Under the pieces are notes generated by a model. The model did not search any database and was not told the origin of the DNA. It worked only from the letters and a program-made list of their open reading frames with translations. A stretch of DNA of 64,000 nucleotides from Phoronis australis (Eukaryota > Animalia > Phoronida). Every line of letters begins with the position of its first letter. The stretch's first letter is position 1. Both the position numbers and the translations under genes were made by a program. Below are positions 1 to 9,698 of this stretch, in pieces. The stretch is taken from positions 310,001 to 374,000 of the forward strand of contig NMRA01000299.1 of the NCBI GenBank assembly GCA_002633005.1, read 5' to 3'.

Positions 1-1229
1 TGGCAAAAGTAGCACAGTAACTAAGATTCGAATAATGTATATTAATTTTTAATATGAATATCTAAATAAAGATTCCCCTAATGTCTGGACATAGGATATA
101 AAATCATGTTATTGTTTCACAACAACCTTCTGTCAGCAAACACTGAATTAGCATGCACTCACATGGCCTCAATGCTTGGTCAATTAGTTTATGGCATCTA
201 AAGCCGGTAACGCAGTGATTTATTCAATGCTGGCTTCTCAAAACATTTGCACTCACGAATGCTGCAAAGGCATTACAAATTGTATCTAATGAGACAGACT
301 TTGTTTCAGGTTTATATAAGCATAGGTTAGGGTGAAAATAATTCATTTTGAAACAGAATGCACAATATATAAACGTCAACTTGACTACTCGCACTCCCTA
401 CTTAGACGAGTGCCCAACGAAGACTTCACAGCTCGATTGCTAGGTTTCACAGGCTATCAGTTCGAACCCGAATACACTGATCAAGAAATAATAGAGAGGC
501 TCCGTGAACGTGCACAGACAACGGAACACATGGATAGTTCCGAAAACTGTTTGAATGACTTGTCATGGTGTCAGTGAGCTAACTGCATGATAATGGAAAT
601 GACTGACGTTTCCGTTTGATGCCACAAAATTCCGCAGGTGAAACGCCTTCTTCAGTAGAGAAGCGCAGATGTCTCACAGACCATCCTGATTTTGCACCGC
701 ATCTAAACAGAGGTGTGCTTACAACAATTTTTAGAGAGTGAGAAAAAGAACTGGCGAAATCATCCTACACTCAGAGGACCAAACAGAAGCCTCACAAACG
801 AGTCAGTCATCAAACAGGTTAACACGGCACCTCTCAGCGAGGTAAGATCGACCCTATACAAGGTGATGTGTATACAGACCGATTAAGACCATAAAAAACA
901 CTATAGTCTTTTCGTGACTAGAAGTTTAGTTTCCAACTTTTGATGGTTTATGTTCGTGATGTCTTCAGTCCGGCCGCGATGGGCCTGATTGGGTTCCGAG
1001 TCACTGGCTGGGATAACAAGCGTTTTGTGTGTTTAGAACTGAAAAAAATTGCAAGTCTAAAATTACAACACACAGCTATGTTCTCCTGTCTGTATTTGAT
1101 GAACGAATAATTTGAATTTATCACTGAACAGACCCCNTAGTAAGTTGATTTGCAGTTTCGCGACTAATTCACCAAAATAATCACATTTTCTTTCGCTCAC
1201 TAGTTAATTAAATCGGGTGGCATTCTCCT
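1..1229 (+). mobile_element. Kolobok-like DNA transposon remnant (right part)
   Basis: Ends ...GGGTGGCATTCTCCT|TTAA (TTAA at 1230-1233). Its reverse complement matches TTAA|AGGTTAATGCCACCC at 46889. Bases 1-900 match ~46920-48215 in inverted orientation. Carries a KolX/P2X7-ballast-like pseudogene. Confidence 0.7.
410..805 (+). pseudogene. Degraded P2X7 C-terminal ballast/KolX-like cysteine-rich domain
   Basis: GYQFEPEY...LSWCQ*ANCMIM...SV*CHKIP...CLTDHPDF...LNRGVL pattern with stops replacing cysteines and a frameshift. Confidence 0.65.
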
Positions 1230-2289
1230 TTAAGCATACTGTTGTCAGGTCAGATCAAGAATCAAATTTGTGGAAATTTACACAAACTTTCTAGCTTAAA
1301 ATGGCAAATCTAATTGTGAAAAGAAAATACAAGGTCCAATTTAAATGAAAATACTTCACTGAAATCTCAGTGATGAGTAACAAATGACTTGAATTTATAA
1401 GAATAGAATTATGGTGCATTATATAAGAGAACACTGAGAGTGAGATCACCTATGTGGCCGTGAGGGAGTCAGCAGACTACTATGAATATAAGTGCTACAA
1501 TTCCTTTTATTACCACACTTACTTTGAAGGAGCCTTCTTTTTCCTGCAAAAAAATTCGAAAAGATATTATATACAACCATAGCTGTTTGTCAGTCAATAT
1601 TTCTATTACTTCTGTCTAAGACCCAAAACAAAACAAACTTGACTCTGGTCTTAATGCCTCAACTCATTTTGAGACCTGTGCTCACTGTTTCAAACTGCTG
1701 ATCCGCATCTATTTCCGCTGAAGTCTTGTGTTTTAGCATTTTTTGAAAAGCTGTACCATAGTAAGTATCAAGGAATAGATGTAATGATCTGGCACAGGGT
1801 GAGTGAAGAAAACTGCATAATTCTTGCTCATCTCAGGTGGGCTTTCTTTTTTTGAAAAAGTGATCACCTAAAATACAGCAAACCAACAACTTAACTTTGC
1901 AAAAAAAAAACACAAACCACAACCAACAATGCCTGTTAGGTCATCCATACCACTGGAGTGTTTAAATAAATCCGTTTTTCAAATAATAACACTTGACATC
2001 ACCAATTCTTTTTGGATTTTAATTACAGGTAACCCAGTGTTAAGCAGGACAAGATGTTAAACCACAAGACCTAAAATTGGACCTCTCAAATCATTCTTAA
2101 ATGTAAGTTCAACTGTCAATAAACTTGTTATCTGCCATTAAATCATATAGTGCTACATATCACAAGGGGGGGGATATTTTTTCCTCCTTCAAACAACACT
2201 GTTTGCTATTGTGAATCTTTCTCCATGATAGCAAGTAACATTCAACAACAATTCGTGAGGCTTTACATATCAGTTGGTGTAAGCCCAAT

Positions 2290-2510
2290 CTCAATAGGCA
2301 ACTGACACACCACAGGTTGTCATTGTTGGTATAGTTCATTGTCACTCCCTGTAACTGACTGTATCTGTGCTTCATTACTTGTTGCTGGGCCTAGCTAGGT
2401 GGCCACTGTATTATGACTTCTGAGGATGGTGTTTAATAAATGACACCGAAACATGTCAAGTTTTAAATCCGTTGTTGTTTTCGTGAACATATTGTGAATC
2501 TTATTTAAAT
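2290..2510 (+). mobile_element. Penelope-like element pseudo-LTR fragment
   Basis: Contains a minimal hammerhead ribozyme followed by a T-rich tail. Boundaries approximate. Confidence 0.45.
2416..2461 (+). ncRNA. Minimal type I hammerhead ribozyme
   Basis: ACTT-CTGAGGA-T-GGTGT...ACACC-GAAA-CATG-TC-AAGT: both core boxes, stem I ACTT/AAGT, stem II GGTGT/ACACC, palindromic stem III (ACATGT), GUC cleavage triplet. Confidence 0.75.
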
Positions 2511-4192
2511 ATTAATTAACAGGCTGTCAAACAGGACTAAGTGAGAACATCAAAGATGCAGATTCATGCCTTTTACCAGGCATCGTATTAATACCAAGTT
2601 CAAACATTTATGTTATGCTCAAGGATTTGTTGCAACTCAGCAAGGACTAGGGTATCGATAGCGTGTTGATAACAACGGCGAATCGTTGGGTATGACGGAC
2701 CAAGCTACAGAGTGTGTGGTCATCAGTGTAGTTTGATTCTGATTGTCAATTTGTGACAAATTTTAATGTATAAAACAGTAATTATAAAAGGTTTTATTTA
2801 CAAGCATTGAAGAAAAATCGCTGTTGTTATCAATACGTGACAAGCAAAGCTCCAATATACATATTTTGCCTTCATATCAAGCCTTATTTAACAGCCTATT
2901 GATAAACATTTAAAAGCAATTACCGTGATAACAAATAGTATTAAATTTTTAAAGAGGAAGAAAGAAACTGACAGTATGCCACACTGTGTAATATGAAAAG
3001 ACAGTAAGTATAAAAACTGTACATTTTAGTTTCTGAAAAGGCTTGATATGTTTAAGTCAGTGCCTTCACATTTCAAACCAGTAACTATTTGGTATAAAAC
3101 CAAACAGTTAATAAGCAAGAAGTACAAAATTCTTGTTTCACTCCATATTGCACCATCAGTAAACCAAAAATAATTAAGACAATCATTATGACGGCCGAGT
3201 GCAAGCAGGATTCACCATGAGAATATCAGGAATAATTTGTCACTGTGCAATGGGTCATTACCTATCATGATAGAGAAACAAAATTTTGTCCGATTAATTT
3301 AAATTTATTTTGGCGTGCATTGTATACAGCAAGGCTGATTAAAAACAAGCTCACACAACCCTTTTATAACACTTACGACATTTTTGATGACCGGAGGCTT
3401 TCAACACGTAAATCTGTATAGCAGGGTAACCATGTGAACTACTTATGTCCTGTTTTATGCAAACCTACCATGCAGATGACTCAATCATCCTGAAAAAATA
3501 TGTAAAACATTTTAAAACACAATCCTTGCATAGGTGGATTTAGGAGGGCCCAGGGGACCCGCCCCCACCCCCCTCCTTGGCTGCCACAAGCAAAATGAAA
3601 CAGCAATAGCATGAAGCGTGAGGAAATATTAAGTTCAGCAACTAGGACTGGCAGCGGATGAGGGGGGGCTCAGACCCCAGGCCGTGGCGGCATCATGTTT
3701 CATTTTTTTAGTCCACCGACAAGTTTTCGGAACAGGAGGTCCACATCCCCAGCCCCGGCAACTTTCGGGTATACAATAGCGTAGCACTTTACCCAATGCC
3801 CCAAGGCAATATCTTGGCCCACCACTTATGGTATCCTAGATCCGCCACTGCCTTGTGTATGATAATATGAAAAAATAGCTTGTAGAGCCTCAGTGAACAA
3901 GTCTTCAGGAAATAACCATATCTTAAGTCATAAGTAGAGAAATTAGTGGGAAAAATGACCTAGGTCAGTGGCGGATCTAGGATATTACAAGGGGGGGGCA
4001 ACATTTTGTCTGTAAACATTTGCGCAAAGCACGATTGTAGATGCCCATAGCAACGAATGGGGGGAGGTCGGGAAGGGGGCAGGAAAATTTTTCTGTTTTT
4101 CCTCTAAAAATCAAGCGTTTTCCTTGATTCCTGAAGTATTATCCAAGAAAAAAAACACGAAGAACGTGTCAAACTTGAAAAACTGCAATAAC

Positions 4193-4262
4193 CACAGACT
4201 CAACGCCACGACCTGGTGGAGGGAGCGCGCGTGCTTTACCACTGCACCACCACGATTCCACT
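4193..4262 (-). repeat. Possible degenerate tRNA-derived SINE head
   Basis: Minus strand has an A-box-like TGGTGCAGTGG and a degenerate B-box-like GCGTTGAGTC. No full cloverleaf. Confidence 0.3.
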
Positions 4263-4373
4263 CGTAATATGATACTAATAGACCTACTTGTTTGTGGTCC
4301 ACAGCGTTTGCGCGTGAAACCTACTTCTTTTTGTAATGCTTATTATACTTTTTATACTTTATGCAATCAGTTC

Positions 4374-4903
4374 ACACTTGCTCACAACGCTGATAATGTA
4401 ACGTCTGAGGTTACTAGTACCTTCCAACACGGAAAGAAGCAAACTAGGAGTTGTAATAACTGCTCAACAGCAAAGGAAAAAACACAGATAGACCGGGAGT
4501 TGACCGTCTACCTCCCAACGCTAAGGAAAGAAATAACTATGCAGGAGTTGTGGCACAGCTTGTGGACGTCGTTGGACATCGAGGACTTTAGTAATGCCCA
4601 CACTGTAATAGTCTCAGTGGCCAGCTCACATGGTCATTAGTAAAACCGCCAAAATACCTTTGTATTCATATCTTACGAACTGCGACTAATGGTGAAAAAA
4701 TCAACACAAAGATTTCTTCGTATGACCTCTCCGGCTACAAAATAAAAGCAGTCATTGAACACCATGGAAGAAACACGACGGGTGGTCATTGCACATGCTG
4801 TGTTAAATCGTCAGCATGGGAATGGATAAATTTTGACGACTCTACAGTCACAAGTACATCCAAGCCTCCCCTGGATGCCTACATTGCAATATATGAATTA
4901 TAA
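4374..4903 (+). pseudogene. Ubiquitin-specific protease (peptidase C19) C-terminal half, one frameshift
   Basis: Frame 1: STFQHGKKQTRSCNNC...RELTVYLP...DIEDF. After a frameshift at ~4590-4595: CPHCN...KPPKYLCIHILR...YKIKAVIEHHGRNTTGGHCTCCVK...WINFDDSTV...AYIAIYEL* (two CxxC motifs plus His box/FDD). Cys box absent, consistent with 5' truncation. Confidence 0.85.
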
Positions 4904-5203
4904 ACCATCAAAGGAAATCAACATAAAAAATATGGCGCAATTTCAACATCAACGTCGCATATCACATCTGCCACAGCCAAGTCAAGTTATTTTTGAAATT
5001 CATCCTGGTACGGGAATTGGGGATAGTTAGGCCTATAACAGATCTTTAACCCAGCCGCAGAGCGTCTAAAGCCGCGCACCGTACCAGTGACTGCTGGCAA
5101 CTCATCGGAGACTCAACTTTAACATCCTTCGCCGCAGAGATAACAACTCTTGGGCTGTCTCCGGTGAGTCCATTCTTTGTTAAATGATGTTTAGGTAAAT
5201 AAA
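4374..5203 (+). mobile_element. 5'-truncated retroposed copy of a HERO-like non-LTR element 3' end carrying a USP domain
   Basis: Perfect 14-bp direct repeat TATGCAATCAGTTC at 4360-4373 and 5204-5217. Segment ~4925-5200 is homologous to the 3' UTR at ~61570-61826 of the RLE retrotransposon. Confidence 0.85.
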
Positions 5204-5586
5204 TATGCAATCAGTTCGTAACAGATTTGTTGTATTTAAAATAGTCTTCAATTGCCCAAAAGAACAAGTCCGTTTTTTTTTGTGTTGGCATTAATGACGC
5301 GACTGCTTTGGAAATCGTCTTAAGTTAAGGTTTGACAAAAAGAGAATTATGAGTTTCTGAGTGATTCCTTCAGGCTTCGATTAAAATTCACATCTTAACA
5401 GCAGCTTCTGTTTTTTCATCGTCACTCAGATTCCATTTTCTTTAAAAAATGAAGTAATTTTCGTCATTGCACTGTGAAGCAGACGACGGAAACGGAGTCG
5501 TAGTGCGCAGCGCCACTGCTGGTTGCTTGGGATATTGCGGGAGAGCCTGTACATAGCCATAGTTCCGTTACAATTGCGCCGTGTTT

Positions 5587-5927
5587 GAAATGGTGCATGC
5601 ACGTGTCACGAGCATATTGTTTTCAATACAACGACATAACTTTTCTTTATTAGAGAAGGCGGAGGATTACGCAAGAAAATGACGTTTATTAGATTGTTTT
5701 CCACTTAAACGACTGTAACGGGAGTGTCATTTGATTCCCAGATTTTGCATGCACCCCGTCCAGTCTTTAGCTCTACATATTGATACAGGTTTCACGGCCA
5801 GGTAATGAGCAGAACTACCCTGTCTGTGTGCAATTTCGGGGTCTATCGAAGAAAACACACAGAGGTACCTAGCTGTTTTTTGACAATAGTCTTCATACAG
5901 CTAGCTAGCTGGCTACCCACTAGTTAC
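5587..5927 (-). repeat. DNA-transposon fragment, inverted copy of 9351-9698
   Basis: About 340 bp of clear reverse-complement similarity to 9351-9698. Confidence 0.7.
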
Positions 5928-6586
5928 TTCAGAAAAGTAGACAGCTTGTCGACAAAGATATCAAGAGATGACACTGATGTAATGCAGTCCGGCAAGCTAT
6001 TCCAGTCCACCACTGTAATTTGTCCTATTTATAGGAATATTATAATTGGATGACCTGGTACAGATGCCCTAGACAGCAAGATCTGCGATAGGGGCAACAT
6101 CAGAGTTGATTATCACCGACTTCTTACCACTCATTCATTAACACTAGAGTAGTAGACCGCGCTCCAGCAAATCTACAGGAACAAAGGACTCTTGTGCAGT
6201 CATGAAAGCGGGTGTGCTTTCTGCACGATTTAACCAAGGCTGTAGATGACAAGTCACCTAGGGAATTGCTAAAGCGGGTCGAGGGGAACCCATTCTTATC
6301 ATCCCTCGTGGGACATCTGCAAGAGGAGGTGCAGCTTGTGTGCCGACACGTGGGGTCGGAGCAGCCGAAGGAAGTGTCGCTAGGGCAAATATAGAGTCTG
6401 CAATTGTTATTGTACTAGGAAGTGTTGGAGGCCTTGCTGAAGAGCTTCACAAGGATTCAGCTGATAAAGGTCGCAGGAAGAAGATGGCCAACAGGAAAAT
6501 GTATACCATTTAAGTGGCTGGGGAAGTTCCTTGTTGAGCAGCCGATGGATACAGCGTCTTCCAGTGATGAAGTAAAATGGTACGTG

Positions 6587-6878
6587 GGAAGCCGGCGTCG
6601 AAAGGGGCGTCGGTGGCGAATTCAATGGCGAACTCGTTGGGGGTGAATCCAATTTCCCGAGGGAAAGCCACTGCAAATGGGAAGCCAGCATCGAAAGAGG
6701 CGTCGGTGGCGAGTTTGGCGTACATTCCATCTCATCGGGGGTCAATCCCCTTTCCTTAGGGATTGCATGAAATTAGAAGGAAGCCAGCATTGACAAGGGT
6801 GCCAGTGGTGAGTTTGTCATGAGCTTCACTCACTGGAGTTTGACGATCCTCATCGGGGTTTGATTCCCTTTCCTGAGC
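6587..6878. repeat. Three diverged ~95-100 bp tandem units
   Basis: GGAAGCC(A/G)GC(A/G)T(C/T)GA...GTGG(C/T)GA unit starts at ~6587, ~6680 and ~6779. Confidence 0.6.
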
Positions 6879-7451
6879 AGTGACATCAGGTGATGGATAC
6901 GTGCGTTGCTGAAGTACTGTCATCAGGCAATCCGTTGAGGATAGTGGAATTAAATGGTCTAAGGTAATTTTTCAGTCTCTGGAAAATCAAGTGGATAAGG
7001 CTTGGGCAATTAGGGCTATTCGATCTAACATGTTATTGATAGTGCAGTCTGATTTGCACTATAGTCATCCTAGTGGGATGGGAAGACATCACTCACATTT
7101 GGTATTAATAAGGGAGTGGTGTTAACAATCAGTGGAAGTCATGGAAATGGTATTGGGCAAATCGGTAGACTTTCAAGGGATAATTTAACATCCTTATTTC
7201 ATTAAGGGGAAAATGAGGAAAAGGATGGAGGGAAAATAAATGGTGAATGTGGACGTGTATGTGAGAAGGAAGGTGGAAAAAGCTAAAACTTCGTTTAGTG
7301 TGCGTATTGAGTGGGAATGTGCACGGTTTCCCCTGCGTGTAAACTTCTGGGCGGCCTGCCACGCTCCCTTTTGGCCCCACCACTCGTAAATCATACTCAA
7401 ATTGACCGCCACACATCTAATCGTGACGGGGAAACTTCACCGCCACGCAAA

Positions 7452-7564
7452 AATTGCTAGTATGAATGATCGCTAGTATAAATGATCGCTAGTAAAAATG
7501 ATTGCTAGTAAGAATGATCGCTAATAAAAATGATCACTAGTAAAAATAATCGCTAGTAATAATG
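7452..7564. repeat. 17-bp minisatellite (AATGATCGCTAGTAAAA)n, ~6-7 units
   Basis: Directly visible tandem array. Confidence 0.85.
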
Positions 7565-8723
7565 AATAAGTACAAGTCAGATGGCACCTTTCGCCATTTG
7601 TGGATCGAAAGGGAAAAATAATAATTTTACACTCGGTTCTTGAATTGTGTCCCCGTTAAACACAATCATTCAATCCCCAATCCCCTTTCATACCTCGTTT
7701 CTGCCTGGTTATCCGACAATGCATATAAACTTAATACAGCCGGGGACCAGGCAACGACCTCGATACAAATTTTCTAAAATGGGAAACCGCCAGGGCTTGC
7801 TAATGAAGTAAGAAACAGTAAGATTTCTGCTTCATTCATTTTATCGTGTCCGAGTTTACAAAAGACATTGTGAATTATACTGCAGGGCGTGACATCCAAC
7901 TGTTTAATCAACCATAGCCCTGCGCCAAAATGACGATATTGAATGTTAACCAGTCTCAGATTCGTCTGCATGGATTGGATTATACATCGTCTTCTACGCC
8001 GTCGCCAGCCAACGCCAATCCACTATCATGGTATATGTTTAGCAAGACGATATCAATGAATAGAAGTTTCGTTTATTATGTCAACAAAGTTCACATATTT
8101 TTTGTTCTATGGTTGTCACTTCGTGGATAATTGAATTTTAACACTGTTATTAGTACTCAAGTGAGACAGCGATCACACTATGACGGATACTTCATTGCCA
8201 ATTTGTCTTGCAAAGCGTCCTTTACTCGGACACTTCCACAACATGATGCTCGGGTTAAGGTCTTGTCTATAATGAGCAAACTACAACCAATTACATCTAA
8301 TTTTCATATTTTGCTTGAGGAAGGTCTCCCAACTCCCCCCACCCTCTGATGGGAGGATCCCACTTCATCCCATACTCGCATGAAGCGCCGGGTTCCACAT
8401 CCGCGTCGAGCATTCACCACCACACTCCTTTTGAGACCCAGACAATAGGGGGATCCCATTTCTCAAATTCGTGTGCGGCATCGGGCTTTGCACCCCGTTT
8501 TGGCCATTTACCACCACGCTTCTTTCAAAACCCAGGGAAAACACTGCGCATGGGAATGTAGTTGGGTAGTGTGTACATATGATCAGTTACTACTCTTGTA
8601 TTTACTATGGTTTCATTTTTTGAAAAATAGTTTTTGCAGCTAAGAAGCACAGTCTCCGGCAATGCAGTATTCAAGAACAGAAGAACCCGGGAACATCCTC
8701 CTTCAAAAAGGGTTGGGAGGAAA

Positions 8724-9173
8724 TGTATTTAACCGCGCTACAGCGAATCTATGGTAGTGACGTCAGGCGGAAAATACGTCACATCCCGGGATTTTCAGAA
8801 TCCCTATAGAGCAGCAGTTCAGAGTAAGGGAGTTGCCGCCGTGAAGTCTGAGTGTTCAGAAATGCTATTGCTGAGTGTGTGACTTGGAATAGTCACTGTG
8901 TACATGTGTGTGTATATCTGTATATTAGCTTGCGTGCAGTGGTTTATAGAGTTCAGAGTGGGCTGTGGGAAGCTGAACTGAGGTAAGTCGTTCCAGTAGT
9001 TTTAGTAATACTGGCTTCGTACTTGAGACTCACAACAGACAAGACGTATATCCAACCATCATAAGTGCTTCAATTTACTTTACTGTGTCAGGGACCAGAA
9101 TATATCCAGTTGGGTAAGCAGTCTTATAGTTCTATCATACCATAGAATAACGTGGTAAGGGCGGCACACAACA
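8724..9173 (+). mobile_element. Gypsy-type LTR (450 bp) with upstream PPT and downstream tRNA-Leu PBS
   Basis: TGT...ACA termini. Purine tract AAAAAGGGTTGGGAGGAAA at 8705-8723. PBS TGGTGGCAGCGGTGG at 9177-9191, complementary to the tRNA-Leu 3' end. Confidence 0.75.
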
Positions 9174-9201
9174 TTTTGGTGGCAGCGGTGGTATTCCGCT
9201 C

Positions 9202-9698
9202 CCAGGGGACACAACACAAGGCAATTGCCTAATAGGCAATTACATTGTTCTGAATGCCGCTAACCAACCAATCAACCGCGGGGCTACGTGTTGCCTAAGT
9301 TGCCTATTCAACTGATGGTTAGGTTAGCACCTCGCGGTTTTTATTGGGGGTAACAAGTCGGGTAGCCAGCAGGCTAGCTGTATGAAGACTGTCGTCAAAA
9401 TACAGCTAGGTACCACTGTGTGTATTTCTTCTGTAGACCCCGAAATTGCACACAGCCAGGGTAGTTCTGCTCGTCAACGCGCTGTGAAATTTGTATCAAC
9501 ATGTAAAGCTAAAGACCGGACGGGGTGCGTGCAAAATCTGGGAATCAACCAATACTCACCTTGCCCGTTACAGCCATTTAAGTGAAAAACAATGCAAAAA
9601 ACGTCATTTTCTTGCGTAACTCTCCGCCTTTTCTAACAATGAAAAGTATGTTGTCGTTTTGAAAACAATACGTTCGTGTCATACGCACGCGCCATTTC
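9202..9698 (+). mobile_element. hAT-like element left part (CAGGGG terminus)
   Basis: Begins CAGGGGACAC just after the PBS. Internal part is repeated in inverted orientation at 5587-5927. Confidence 0.4.

Noticed and set aside
1366-1441. C/D box snoRNA-like pattern (TGATGA...CTGA with short terminal stem)
   Set aside because: No recognisable rRNA/snRNA guide and no plus-strand host gene here.
5587-9698. Pack-type transposon with 340-bp TIRs capturing the 3.4-kb interior
   Set aside because: The outer ends show no TSD or terminal motif. The apparent terminus (CAGGGG at 9202) faces inward, so two independent fragments are more likely.
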